From Octopus sinensis (taxonomy: Eukaryota), in assembly GCF_006345805.1 (NCBI RefSeq), contig NC_042998.1, forward strand, positions 165,106,001-165,170,000: a DNA stretch of 64,000 nucleotides. Reading direction: 5' to 3'. Below the pieces are notes generated by a model. That model ran no database searches. It was not told the DNA's origin and saw nothing but the letters and a program-made list of their open reading frames with translations. Shown here one piece after another: positions 11,847-25,263 of the stretch; within the stretch, counting starts at the first letter, position 1; each line of letters opens with the position of its first letter. The translations under genes and the position numbers were made by a program.

Positions 11847-11889
11847 CGTATATATATCTACATATATATACATGCATTTATGTATGTAG

Positions 11890-11941
<52 letters not shown>

Positions 11942-12103
11942 TAGATGTATACATATACATACATATATATACATATATACATACATATATGTATATACAT
12001 ACATATATATATCGACATATATATATATATATATGTATATTATATATATATATATATGCATATATACATACATACATAATGCATATATGTATACATACAT
12101 ACA

Positions 12104-12135
<32 letters not shown>

Positions 12136-12480
12136 CGTACATAAAAAGAAGAAAGAAAGATATTCAGACACACAAATGCAAACGTAGACAGATATAGAGA
12201 TAGATATGTAGATAAATTGATTAAGGAAGGAGAGATAAATAGGTGGAGAAAGAGGAAATGACAATTGTGAAAGAAATCTTAACAGGGGGATAGAGAAAGA
12301 ATGATAGAGAGGGAGAGACGTGGAGAAAGAGAAAGAACGACAGAAGGAAAAAAGGAAAGAAAGAACAAGGGAAGAAAGAAGAAAGAAAGAGTGGAGTAAA
12401 AAGACAGAGAAAGTCAGACATGAAGAGAGGACTTGAGAGAGACAAAGGGAATCAGAGAGTAAAAGAAAAGAAGATGAGTA
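11847..12480. repeat. (TA)n-rich microsatellite followed by purine-rich (GA) low-complexity tract
   Basis: Direct reading. Confidence 0.9.
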
Positions 12481-12732
12481 CATGGGAAAACAATTATCAA
12501 AGCTAAATGGTTAAAAATATGCATCTGCAGCATGAGTATTGCCGGTCGGGGAGAGGTCTCAGGTGGTGGTTGAGAGCAGGTTTGGGCAGGGAGGGTATAA
12601 AGATGGAGTAACGAGGCAGGGTGGATAGACGAGTTATGCAGCTTGTAGATGAATGTTTCACAAACGTAGCAACATACCAACACATATATAAAATTAAGCA
12701 TGGTACATCCGTACATACATGCATACATACGT

Positions 12733-12768
<36 letters not shown>

Positions 12769-13253
12769 ATATATATATATTATATATATATATATCTATA
12801 TATATGTATATATATTTATGTATATATATATATGTATGTGTGTGTGTGTGTTTATGAGTAAATATATATACATATACAGACATACTTGTGTAATACACGT
12901 GTAAATATAAATGATTATATATGTGTGTGTGTATGTGTATATGTACGTGTATGAGAGTATAGATATATACGTTTATATAAATATGTGTATATAGACTTGC
13001 ATATATGGTTGTATGCATATACATTTTACTGAGAGATTGCTACAGACAAGCACACACATACATATGTATTTATATACACATGCACAAATATATACATACG
13101 TCTAGTCTATGTGTGTGAGTATGTGTGAGTGTGTGGGCAAGCCCATTGTATATTCTCAATATATTTGTACATATATATATATATATACATATATATTATA
13201 CCTCACTTACTTCCTTGATATAAGTGTATGCGAGAGTTCGTATGTGTATATAC

Positions 13254-13307
<54 letters not shown>

Positions 13308-13504
13308 GCGTGTTTGCTTGTATTTACATGCGTACAAGACTGCGCGTAACGTTGTTCTTACACCCTCCTCACTTCTGTTTTCTAAACATAACAACATCCG
13401 TCTTGCAACGATGGTTTTCTGATGACTAAATCTTCTAGAATAACCCATAAGCGATTCATCACATACTGTTCCTGACCATAACCTCTCTTGCTTAGACTAT
13501 AATC

Positions 13505-13960
13505 ACCAACCGCCGTCGCCACCAGCACCACCTCCACCACCACCACCACCACCATCACCACCACCACCACCACCACCATCTCCACCACCACTACCACCAC
13601 CACTACGACTACCACTACTGCAATCATCGTCATCGTCTTCACCATTCACCGTATCATAATCATCGTTATCCTCATCACCATCATCATCCTCATCATCATC
13701 ATCGTCGTCCTTGTCATCATCGTCGTCGTCGTCGCCATCGTTATCATCATCATCATCATCATCATCATCATTGTCTTCATTATCGTCGTCGTCGCCGCCG
13801 CCGTCGTCGTTCTAAACGTCATGATCATCATCGCTCTCCACCTCCTCCAACCACATCATCATCGTTTTCGTCGGCATCATCATCACCATCAACGTCGTCA
13901 TCATAATTATCATCATCATCATCATTACCATTCTCCTCATCCCCCACTGCATCATCAACA
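13505..13960. repeat. Compound trinucleotide tract (CAC)n-(CAT)n-(CGT)n
   Basis: Direct reading; source of the poly-V/poly-M ORFs. Confidence 0.9.
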
Positions 13961-14184
13961 TTTTTTTCTATAAACATCTACTTCCTTTTTGCTCAGTTTC
14001 CCTGCCCTTCCACATCCTCCTTTCACTCGCGTTTTTCCAGTCCCCTTTTCTTATGCTGTCTCTCTAACTAACCCCCTTCCTGCTCACTGTCCAATACATC
14101 ATCGCCAACATCGTCTTTATTTTCAACAGCACCACCAAATCCATCAACACCACCATCATTGGCAAAGAGGAAATACTGTCAAAA

Positions 14185-14470
<286 letters not shown>

Positions 14471-14834
14471 ATATATATATTCATCTGCACATACAGACAT
14501 ATACATATGTACAGTGAGATGGGGGGGGGAGACAGGCGTTCAACGTGACGTGCTACAATGAGGGTTGCTTGACTGGCTTATGCAGCACATTTTGAAGTTG
14601 TTTAAGCGCACACGTGTGTGTGTGTGTGGTGTGTGTGTGTGTTGAACATTGCTGGTGCTGATTGATTTTGCTAAGAGCACCAGATTTGTGACTGCTGAAG
14701 AAATTCGGTGATCGTATTATCGTCTCAGAAATTTGAAGTACTGTATATGAGTTTCCATAACTTTATCCCCTATGTCCAATGATATTGAAGTCTATCTCAT
14801 TTGTCATCACACGTGGCTTCTGTGTTTCTCTCTC

Positions 14835-14871
<37 letters not shown>

Positions 14872-16167
14872 ATATATATATATATATATACATATGCACT
14901 CATAAACAGATAGCTATACGCGCGTGCACACGCACACACACACACATACACACACGTACACGCATACACACACACACTCGCACAAACACATATATGTGCC
15001 CAATGAGATCTGTACAGAATATCATAGCTGAGAAATGTTTGATTTATTAAAATTTCCTTTCCGGGCAGAAAGTGTGAACAAAAACCTATCTCTGATTGCT
15101 AAGACTGCGAATGAGAAAGGATGACAATTAAAATATGAAAATTTACGAGTAGTTCTCAGTCATTTGACATGCTAAGAAAGGAAATAATTTTGGTTTATTC
15201 GCGTACGAAATACATGAAAACATTTGGCAAAAATTGACATTTGACAAAAGAAACTGAGTGTCCTATTCGATTTGGACAAGTTACATAATTAAAAAGAACA
15301 GGCGCTAAGAACGAATAATTGAAAGAGGCGAGTGACAAGAATTTAAATAACAAAGCTATCGGGAAACTCTACGGGATACAGTATATGCTAAATACTTAGT
15401 TTGTTTAAATTTCCTTCGCAGACAGTGGAGGTAGATTAAAACTGAATTCGTGTATGTGTGTCAGTGACTCTGAACGGGAAGGGGAGACAATTTAAGAAAT
15501 TAAGCATTACACGCTATTCTGTCAACTTTGCTATCCATATTCATAACATGATTCCTTTTGGATTATTCTAACACATCAACCTGTGGCAAGAAATGTTGCC
15601 AGCTCGTTTTTGCATGTAATAAGATTTTACATCTGGTTCGGAGGCGAGAAGTATCATACTATGTCGATTATCCTTATTGATATAGAAATATTTGTCCATA
15701 TCTGCCACTTGCCTACGAAACAAATTTCAGGCTGCTTTACGCCTAGTTTATTCATTGAGAAAATCTTTATTTCATCAAGAGTCGCTAACAATCACCACTA
15801 GGTTATAGTTTACTTTCTTAATAAATCGTGTACCTTTCTGTACACTCTGCCAAGTTTGTTCTTCAAACTCATGGCTTTAGCACCGTATAAACACATGTGT
15901 GTGTTTGTGTGTATGTGTGTGCATGTGTATGCGTGCTTGTGTATGTATATATAATGGTCGTATATAACCATATAACCATAAAATCTACACTCTCATGTGC
16001 ATTCGAAATGTTTTTAAAAGATCAAAGCCTCTTGACAAACATAAATGTTCACTTCAACATTAATTATTGTGCTAAATAAATATTCTAGCTCCGCGTTTCT
16101 TAGGTACACTAAAGATTCGCTTATCAAGACTGGTACTCACCGAGAAGGAAAACTGTATATATACATA

Positions 16168-17685
16168 CTAGCTGATTTACCCGGTAATACCCGGAAAAAC
16201 GGAAGCTATCTCCTGTTCCCGTTCCCATTACACTGTTTCATGTCCTATCCTGTTCCCTGGTCAGTTCCCGTTTAAATTACAAATAGCTTTACAATTACAC
16301 ACTGACGTAGGATAGATTCACAAATACTGGCAAGTAATACAGTTGAATTATAAAATTGAATGATTGTAACGTTAAGGTAATATCAAAGTTGAATTGGTAG
16401 ATGGCTGGAAAGATGAGAGGATTCACGATGTTTGACTATGAAACAATTCATTGATGTTTGATTATTATCAATTTTGCAGTCTCTTGATATACCACATTTT
16501 TGGTCTTGCCTCTGGAGCATAAATAAACAGATGATTTGGACTGCCGACTCTTGGCCATCCTACATATAGTTGGCCATGGTAAAGAACGGATTCAGAGGCC
16601 TATCTGTTGGGGAAGACATGGTCTGACATGGAATAAACAGAAATTCATATATAAGACAATCTATTGTAAAGATTACCCGGCAACATCGGGCTATTCATTG
16701 TTACAGTACGTTGGTAAAGTTCTAATAAATCTTAATACGATGGCTTGAGAACAAATATAAAAACATTTTACCTTTCTCTTATTATTTTCACATCTGTTGA
16801 TGTTGTAAAAGTTTTTACGGAGCATACGATAGTTAACTTACTAAAACGTATGCGTTAACTGATAGGTAAAAATTCAGTAAACACATTCTCTCTCTCCCCC
16901 GCTCTGTCTCTGCCACTCTCTGTCTTTCACATTCCCTGTCTCTCTGTATCTTCCTTTCTCATCCCCTTCCTTGATGTCAGCCACTCTCAATACGAAAAAT
17001 TGCACAAATCTGTCCCGATCAAGTGGCTTATCTGTCGGAGAAGGCACGGTCTGATATGGAATAAGCAACAATTTATATAAGACAATCTATTGTAAAAATT
17101 GCCCGACAACAACGGGCTATTCATCTATGGAAGCAGATGAAAGATATTATCTATAGTTTTATTGTTTCAACACGTTGGTAAAGTTTTTATAAATCTTAAT
17201 ACGGTGATCTGGAAACAAATATAAAAACACTTTACATTTCACTTGTTAGTTTTACATCTGTTGTTGGAGATATTGTAAAACTTTTGACTGAGCATACGAT
17301 AGTCAATTCACTAAAGCGTATACGTTAACTAATAGGTAAAAATTCAGTAAACACATTCTCACTCTCTCCCGCTTTGTCCCTGTCTCTCGCTGTCTCTTAC
17401 ATTCCGTCTCTCTTTCTCTTCCTGTCTCTTCCCCTCCCCTTACATCAGTCACCTTCTTTATGCCACCACATTTCCCTAAAACTAACACTTTTGCACCCTT
17501 CTCATTTTATCATATAATAACCCAACCTCCGTAGGGGGCCCATTAGCGATTTTTATAGAAATCCAATTAGCCTATAATTGAACTGGTTGTTTGTTTAATA
17601 TGTATGCAAACTTCCGCGGAAATTGGTTCGCTAGTTTAGGCAATAATATGGTAACAAACACAGAAATTGCCATTCATATATAAGA
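16168..17685 (-). mobile_element. Composite non-autonomous Helitron with internal 428-bp tandem duplication
   Basis: Minus strand starts A|TCttatatatgaatggc at 17685 and ends ccgggtattaccgggtaaatcagCTAG|T at 16168; units 16601-17028 and 17029-about 17450. Confidence 0.75.
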
Positions 17686-17705
17686 TATATATATATATAT
17701 ATATA

Positions 17706-18700
17706 TCGGGTGCGCCGTAAAGAATTTCCAATTGATTTTTTGTTATAATTTTTAGTAAAGGATATAAAGACACACCATTTCTTTAGAAATTGATTAAATA
17801 TGGTAATCTAAGATACGTTTCATTCATTGAAGTCCGCCTTTAGCTTACACAATCGCCCGAAGACAGCCGAGAACAGAGTCACACGAACGTCGGAAGACTT
17901 TTTCTCTTAAATAATCCAAGACGCGACTATGGCTTTTTTTCAGAGCGATGATATTTTTATAGGAAACTCTTGAAATATCACTTACTAGAATGGACGAAAT
18001 AGTGAAGTCCATAGAATGACGTCTAGGCTGGAGTGGGGACCACACATTCCTGTCCCAGAACACGCTGAAATGGCTCCGTCACCACTACTGTATCACATAG
18101 GACGTATAAAAAGGAGTCCCGTCTTGCGTGAACACGTAAGTGTTTCCAAATGTTTTGGAAAAACATTATGATAAAACATTATCCTCCAACATTTTCAGGT
18201 AAATCGCCGAATTGACCTTCCTAAATGAACACCAGAGATTTTCCACCATCGGATAATACTGTCGCCCAAACCATCACTCCGGCGGTCTTTATTCGACGAA
18301 ACACCTTGCAGGTAGCTTCAGGAACAGCATCCGTTCTCGTGGCCAAAATCCTGTCACTCTAGGTGTTCGCAACAGCCTCCACGGCAAATATGTTTTCGTC
18401 CAACTAAATGAAAATATTGTCACCGGCGCTCTGAATTTCATTGGCCATTTTCTTGCACCTGTCCAATTTGGAAGCGGCCGAAATTAGGTGTTGACGCTGC
18501 AATTTTAATGGCATACAATTTCATGCACGGTTACATGGTTATCAGAGAGATATCGAAACTTTTAACCATTGCGTCATGCTCCACCGTGGATTTCGTGACA
18601 CTCTCCTTCGGACGACATTCACAATTCTTTCGTCCTGCCGAATCGGTTTCGACCAGGAATAGTCTTGCTATCGATTAAACCTGTCTTATTGTAACGTTTT
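17706..18700 (-). pseudogene. Decayed DD37D (maT-type) mariner transposase
   Basis: Minus strand LDENIFAVEAV..AGVMVWATV.SDGGKSLVF..NSAIYLKMLED..YVFTQDGTP..FWDRNVW..MDFT; 37 codons between 2nd and 3rd Asp; multiple stops. Confidence 0.85.
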
Positions 18701-19287
18701 TTATTTTGCTGGTTTTTACCCGACACTATATTGGTTGTACGCTTTGAACACAATATTTCCAATACCAAATTTCAGTTTTCCTTCTGCAAATTTTAGTGCA
18801 TTTTGCAAAATACTGGCCAGGCAATTTGCAGGAGTATTTTTTTACTGGGTCATTTTCAGTTTTGAAGAACATTATTGTGGTACCTTAGCTTACACTTGCA
18901 TTGTCAGTAATATATACAGGTACTTTATTCAATTTCAAACCTGGCATCAATATTTTGGTTATTAGCTGATTTCTTATTTCCTCTCATGATTCCATCTTGA
19001 AAGCGTCAGTTACTACTGAAAAGCAGCAAATTTAATTCTTTGGCTTTTGACATTTGAATATTTCCACAAGTTTTGGCTTTAGTTTTCTGATATTACACAT
19101 GAAAAGTTATTTAGAATATGTTTATCATTCGGCAGAATTTGACGCAACTTGACTCGTACTTGGATTTTTGTGTCTCCTTTAGCGCTGTCCGTGGGACGCT
19201 GGTGTCCTTAATTTTGGGTCTCTACTCTTAAACTACAACTCTTTGCAAGTGCTATGGTATTCTTCAAGTAATTAAGACGGAACAAAT

Positions 19288-19319
19288 TACTTGTACAATG
19301 CGAATTTTGAAAAGTTATA

Positions 19320-19358
<39 letters not shown>

Positions 19359-19396
19359 TATATATATAACTTTTCAAAATTCGCGTTGTATAAGTA
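19288..19396. repeat. 30-bp inverted repeat around a (TA)n spacer
   Basis: tacttgtacaatgcgaattttgaaaagtta (19288-19317) versus taacttttcaaaattcgcgttgtataagta (19367-19396), 2 mismatches. Confidence 0.9.
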
Positions 19397-19439
19397 TATT
19401 TATATATATATATATATATTATATATATATATATATATA

Positions 19440-19870
19440 GGACGCAGTAGTGGATGTGTGGTAAGTAGCTTGTTTACCAACCACATGGTTCCGGGTTCAG
19501 TCCCACTGCGTGGCACCTGGGCAAGTGTCTTCTACTATAGCCTCTACTATAGTCTTCTACTAAGCCTCGGGCGACCAAAGCCTTGTGAGTGGATTTGGGA
19601 GACGGAAACTGAAAGAAGCCCGTCGTATATATGTATATGTATATATATATGCGTGTGTGTGTTTGTGTGTCTGTGTTTGTCCCCCCTAGCATTGCTTGAC
19701 AACCGATGCTGGTGTGTTTATGTCCCGGTTACTTAGCGGTTCGGCAAAAGAGACCAATAGAATAAGTACTGGGCTTACAAAAGAATAAGTCCCGGGGTCG
19801 AGTTGCTCGATTAAAGGCGGTGCTCCAGCATGGCCGCAGTAAAATGACTGAAACAAGTAAAAGAGTAAAA
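19440..19870 (+). mobile_element. SINE family B, full length
   Basis: ggacgcagtagtggatgtgtggtaag...gaaacaagtaaaagagtaaaag; small internal slippage duplication tctactatag. Confidence 0.9.
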
Positions 19871-20046
19871 GATATATATACATATATATATTTGCGTGTG
19901 TGTGTGTGTGCGTATGTGTGTGTGTGCGCGCGCGCTGTCATATGGGTACGTGTGTGTGCATATATATGCTTTTCTATCTGTAGATATACATGTATAACAA
20001 CATACGTATATTTAATTATGTAAGGAAATATAGACGACTTCATATA

Positions 20047-20085
<39 letters not shown>

Positions 20086-20509
20086 ATATATATTATATAT
20101 ATATTATATTTATTTATATATATATGTGTGTGTGTGTGTGTGTATGTATATATGTATGCATGTGTGTATGTATTTATTAGAGAGGGCAAGAAAATGTCTG
20201 AAAATGTGATTAAAAAGAATATATTTAAAAACAAAAAAGGAACACAAAACAAAGCAATAAAAATGATAAGAGCACAAATCAATAGATTCATATATTAGTA
20301 TAAAGAACATTCAAGTCCAGATAAGACAACAGCAAAATAAAACCATATAATAAAAAAAGAAAGAAATGAAAATAAAAAATAAAAGAAACAATAGAAAATC
20401 AGGCATCGCGAAATACTCGCACATATACCAATACACTTGCATATACATAATACAGACAGTCATAAAATGCTACACAAACACACACCACAAACCCCCTTAT
20501 ATATATATA

Positions 20510-20576
<67 letters not shown>

Positions 20577-21239
20577 TGCATCCATATATATATATATGCA
20601 CACACACATACATCCATATATATATAGACAGAGAGAGAGAGAGAGAGAGCGAAAGAGTGCGAGAGAGAGAAAGAGAGCGAGAGAGAGTGATTGATAGCTA
20701 GATAGCTAGATAGATACATACATAAATGAATACATAGAGATATAGTTATTAACGTATATATCTATATTCATAATATATATATTATATATATCATATGTGT
20801 GTGTGTATATCTATATATACAAACACACAAACATACGTAAGAGTAAACTATATATATATATGGTATTTCCTTTAACAATAACATCAATGGTTGGCATGAA
20901 CGAACTTGTCTTAAGAATGTTCAGTAGCAGAGCAGAATTTTTACAAGGTCGGTTTGGCTTATTGACAACTAGGAGAAAAGCAATGAACAGAGAGGTAGAA
21001 ATGAAATGTTGATTTTAAGCTGAGAGACATTCCTCAGCAACAGTCATATCAGGCACGACAAAGTTACGTTGCCATTTTTACTGATTTGGAGCAAATGTCG
21101 AAGTCGAGGCATAAATATCACGTTTCATTTAATCGAGTCTTTGTTTTCCATTGCCCACTGCTAACCTTAATCTATTCTGGTTATTGTTGTTGTTGTTGTT
21201 GTTGTTGCTACTGCTATTATTGTTTTTATTGTTGTTTAA

Positions 21240-21420
21240 CCCCAGGCCAAATTCGAGCAAGTAAGACCTATGATTAAAATATCTCATAGTCGTAACACTA
21301 TAACTTTTTCCATGAGAGACATTATCCAGTATGGCTGTTTTTTCTAAGAGCGTGAGATTTGAGGGTGTGCTGGCTGTTATTTTTGATAGGACAAGTGAGC
21401 CCCTTAAAGGCTTTCTTATT
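21240..21420 (+). repeat. Unclassified old interspersed repeat (family D)
   Basis: agacctatgatt..gtgagatttgagggtgtgctggctgttattt similar to 24322-24480 and 31700-31885. Confidence 0.45.
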
Positions 21421-23017
21421 AGTTCGTTCCTTACTTTGCTCGTTTATGTTATCGCGTAGAAGTATAGAGACTTTTAGCATTTCAATCATTCAAATATACA
21501 TATATATGAACATTTTGTGTATTTAGGTGAATGTGTGTGTGTGTTTTTGTATGTGTACGTGTGTATATGCATGTATATATTAATCCATGTCAGATAAATA
21601 AAGATTACACAACCTAATCATTGTTTCGTTCGATGAGTCGAATGTACGCATCAACAGATTTGGAAGAAATTAGAATAAGCAGAATAAACGACGTAGACCA
21701 TTGTTTGCCGCCATTCGTGCATTAGAGGGTTCCACTTCACATTCCATAAGAAATTACCCTATTCTTTCTATTTTTTAAGACTGGCGAAAGATGTGGCGTT
21801 TCTGTGTCAGACATAGGTGTTAGTACTTAGTTTATTTTAATACTGTACATGGAATAGTGCCGGTTTCCTCGTTCTCTCTTGAATTCCATATGGGTTTTAA
21901 AAGTGATGTATATTTTCAAGGTTGAGCGTTGATGAAGGTGGCTCTTTAAAGGGTGTTTGTTGATATGGAAATGGTCGGGGTATCAGCACAGCATATAATA
22001 TTTTTTCTTAGGGAGGATTTTCTCCGTAAAGACACGCTTCTATGGTTTGAGGATCTCATGTCGGTTACCTTTTCTATGCATTTGTCATATTTTCCCCATA
22101 TGGCGCTTATTGGCAACAGATATGCTTTCTGTGCAGCTGTAGCGTATTTAGTTCTTTTTGTGAAATTGCTGCTGGAAAGCCGCACGGAAATTCTTCTCAA
22201 ATTAAGCAAAGGTAATATTTTGTAGCATTGGCATTATTTTTACCACAGTGTAGTTAGAGTGGCTAGCGTTTCTTAAAGAAACCCTAAGCGTTTCTTTACC
22301 TATTACTTTTATGGTGGTTCCTAGATGGTACTGGAAAGTAGTTTATTACAGAATATTGTTCATGTGATAATGTTTTGCTGTAGTATACTACAGTCTTATT
22401 GAAGGTCGCTTCGTTCGATGATAAATCAACTATCCCTATGTTACATATTGGAACATGTGCGGTAGCGTTCCACGGGTGGTTGAATTGTGTGTGTGTGCGT
22501 GTGTGTATGTGTGTGTGTGCGAGCAAGATTGTTGCTATTTGATATCTAAAAGAACTCATATGATTATGTATCCAGTTTCAGCGTGGACATTCAGTGTGGC
22601 ATCATGGAAGATTATCTTGGTAGGATTTTCTCTTCCACCATCACCTTCTGGTTGAATATATATATATATATATCATTTTATTTATTCGTCTCTTGAAGGC
22701 TTCAGATCTGTATCACCTTACCCTATACAGGAGACACAATAAAGCAATTAAATTACTCTCTCCGTCCAGAGTAAGAACATGACTACCAACTCACATAATT
22801 TGACCTAATCAAAGATTTTACTATCGCCATATTTAGTGTCACTCATGTTTAACGACATCGAAATCGGTGGTTTCTTTATACGCAGCAAGTAATGGTTAGA
22901 AAGCAGGGATCTCCCAGCAGGCATAATGAACTGTAAGGCGTTTGGTATCGTATTGCTGCGTCTTTACATGAAATTCACGGCGAATAAAGGGAAGATTATA
23001 ACAGATTTTATTCTTTA

Positions 23018-23529
23018 CTAGCAGTATCGCCCGGCGTTGCTCGGGTTTGTAAGGGAAATAACTATATACGCATTTTTAGAGAGTTACTTCCCTTATAGAT
23101 GCCAATTCGGGCTTTCTTAGCCATTTCTGTTTTGGTGTCTTCAAGCCATGAAGTCGTTGTTCTAAAAGAACGCTGGTCTCCTTGACAACGCTTTACGACG
23201 TTGATTTCCTTACACTCCCTTCCCCACAGCTTCACGAGGGAGGGAAGAAGGGGGAGAAGCAAACAGGCGCAGGTGTGACCATGGACGCCAACTCCGCCGC
23301 CATCGACACACGAAAAATTATGCATTAAAATGGAATAAAAATTATGTTAAATTATTTTTAAAATCGTAGACTCATCGTAGACGCGCGCTAATGCTCAGAC
23401 AGGCTCGATATGAATCACGACTATAAGATACCCGAATTTGGTTAAACTGCAGCGCAAAATGTGGGAGTAGTTAGGAATCTAAATCGATGGGGACAGACAC
23501 TCACACAACTACAGTTTTATATATATAGA
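23018..23529 (-). mobile_element. Non-autonomous Helitron
   Basis: Minus strand A|TCtatatatataaaac...cccgagcaacgccggg-cgatactgCTAG|T; subterminal hairpin; no TSD. Confidence 0.9.
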
Positions 23530-23530
23530 T

Positions 23531-23750
23531 TTGTTTCAGTCATTAGACTGCTGTCATGCTAGAGCACCGCCTTCAAGAACATATAGTCGTGTGAATCGAT
23601 CATGGTACTTCCTTTTCTTTTTTCTTAAGTCTGTTACTTATATTATCGGCCTCTTTTGCCGAACCGTTAAGTTACGGAAACGTAAACACACCACCACCGG
23701 TTGTCATGTGAAGGTGTTGGGGCAAACACAGGCACAAACATACACATACG
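23531..23750 (-). mobile_element. SINE family B, 3' half
   Basis: ttgtttcagtcatt...ttttgccgaaccgttaag homologous to 6620-6800. Confidence 0.75.
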
Positions 23751-23834
<84 letters not shown>

Positions 23835-23837
<3 letters not shown>

Positions 23838-24000
23838 TATTATAAAAGGCAGATTTTATCTGCCTCCCTTTGGGAGTTATACAAATCTACAATATAGGAT
23901 TTCTTCAATTACAATTTACCTAGCATTTTTAAGAGTACAATGCATCGCGTCATGCCAGGTCCAGTTTTTAAAATTTAAACTCCAATTAAGCAAAATTTAC
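23835..24000 (+). mobile_element. Probable Helitron 5' fragment
   Basis: A|TCttattataaaaggcag start after TA tract; no CTAG end found. Confidence 0.35.
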
Positions 24001-24321
24001 AGAAAACTCACATTCTGGTGTGTGTGTCAAATGCTTTTCTTAGTCTGGTTTACACCACACGCAAACGCACACACACAGTGGGCAACGAATAAAATGAAAG
24101 TAATTCACTTACTGTAGTGAGTGATTCTTTCACTCTGCCTACCACTTCCTCTTTCCACACATAGACACGCAAATATATAAATAAAATTGTAAGCTAACGT
24201 GCGTGTGTGTGAGTGTGTGTGTGTGTGTGTGTGTGCGTGTGTGTGTGTGTGTGAGGGTGCGTGTGGTGTGTGTGTGTGTGCGTGTGCGTGAGTGTAGGCT
24301 CATACATACATATATACATAG

Positions 24322-24480
24322 ATAAGACAGTAAGGTGTGATTTGGGGGAAATTTGGATGCTATTTCTACAAGGTCTAGCTACCATGTAGCGGTCCCCCTC
24401 ATTGGCTCATATATATATACATACATAAGACAGTAAGGTGTGATTTGAGGGAGATTTGGCTGCTGTTTCTACCAGGTCTG
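24322..24480 (+). repeat. Two tandem copies of family D motif
   Basis: taagacagtaaggtgtgatttg.ggga.atttgg..gct.tttcta..aggtct occurs twice. Confidence 0.7.
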
Positions 24481-24569
24481 TTAGGCCTTCTCATGTAAAC
24501 TCAAGCTTTCTCATGCCTTGAACATAAGACCAAAGCAGAGAATGTATTCTTTTATTCTTCTGCTTTTTC

Positions 24570-24790
24570 CAGCCATTGGTCTGTGGCCATGCTGGGGCAA
24601 TGCCTTGAAGAATTGTAGTTTAATGAATCAACTCCAATTTTATTTTTGTAAGCATTGTACTTATTCTATCTGTTTTTTGTCAAACCACTAGGTGACAGGG
24701 ATGTAAACAAACCAACATTCGTTGTCAAGCAGTGGTGGAGGACAATCACAAGCACAGACACGCACACACACACACATACATGCATACACA
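24570..24790 (-). mobile_element. Older SINE family B, 3' half
   Basis: ggccatgctggggc..tacttattctatc..gttgtcaagcagtgg. Confidence 0.65.
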
Positions 24791-24842
24791 TATAACACCA
24801 TACATACATACATACATATATATATATGTGTGTATATATATA

Positions 24843-25155
24843 TTGCAGCGTGGAAGGTGTTTGTAAGCCATTTAAGAAAACACAAAAACCGTTACATTAC
24901 TTCAACATTTAAATTTAATTTGCCAAAATATTTTCGTCGCTTTGAGACCGCGACCTGTTCACTGACAAAAATATCGTGCTAACAGGTCGCGGTCTCAAAG
25001 CGACGAAAATATTTTGACAAATTAAATTTAAATGTTGAAGTGAATCTAACGGTTTGTGTGTTTCTTAAATGGCTTATAAACACTTCACGCTGCAACTGTT
25101 TTCGTTCCAGCACACGATCTCAGATCAAGTCACTTGCTATGCAAGTACATCTCTG

Positions 25156-25160
<5 letters not shown>
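24843..25160. mobile_element. Fold-back element: about 116-bp arms (24843-24959 / 24981-25095), 21-nt loop, right side extends to TA tract
   Basis: ttgcagcgtggaagg...gaccgcgacctgtt versus aacaggtcgcggtc...cacgctgcaa; inner about 60 bp has a single mismatch. Confidence 0.9.
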
Positions 25161-25200
<40 letters not shown>

Positions 25201-25263
25201 TGGTAAAAACAGTAAGATAACAAAAGAAAGAAAGAGACCTCAATATTATGTAAATAGAGGAAA

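Noticed and set aside
13400-13440. Isolated CTGATGA motifs here and at 467, 54844 and 58060
   Set aside because: Each lacks either a paired stem II or a properly placed GAAAC/NUH, so none is counted as a hammerhead.
14652-14683. ctggtgct/agcaccag hairpin containing a miR-29-like AGCACCA seed
   Set aside because: Only an 8-bp stem; too short for a pre-miRNA, and the rest does not match miR-29.
18900-19280. Possible PLE remnant (KTCGNIQ on minus strand)
   Set aside because: Single weak motif; no YIG core found.
21946-22225. Overlapping plus and minus ORFs, possibly a decayed RT C-terminus
   Set aside because: No motif could be pinned down in any frame.
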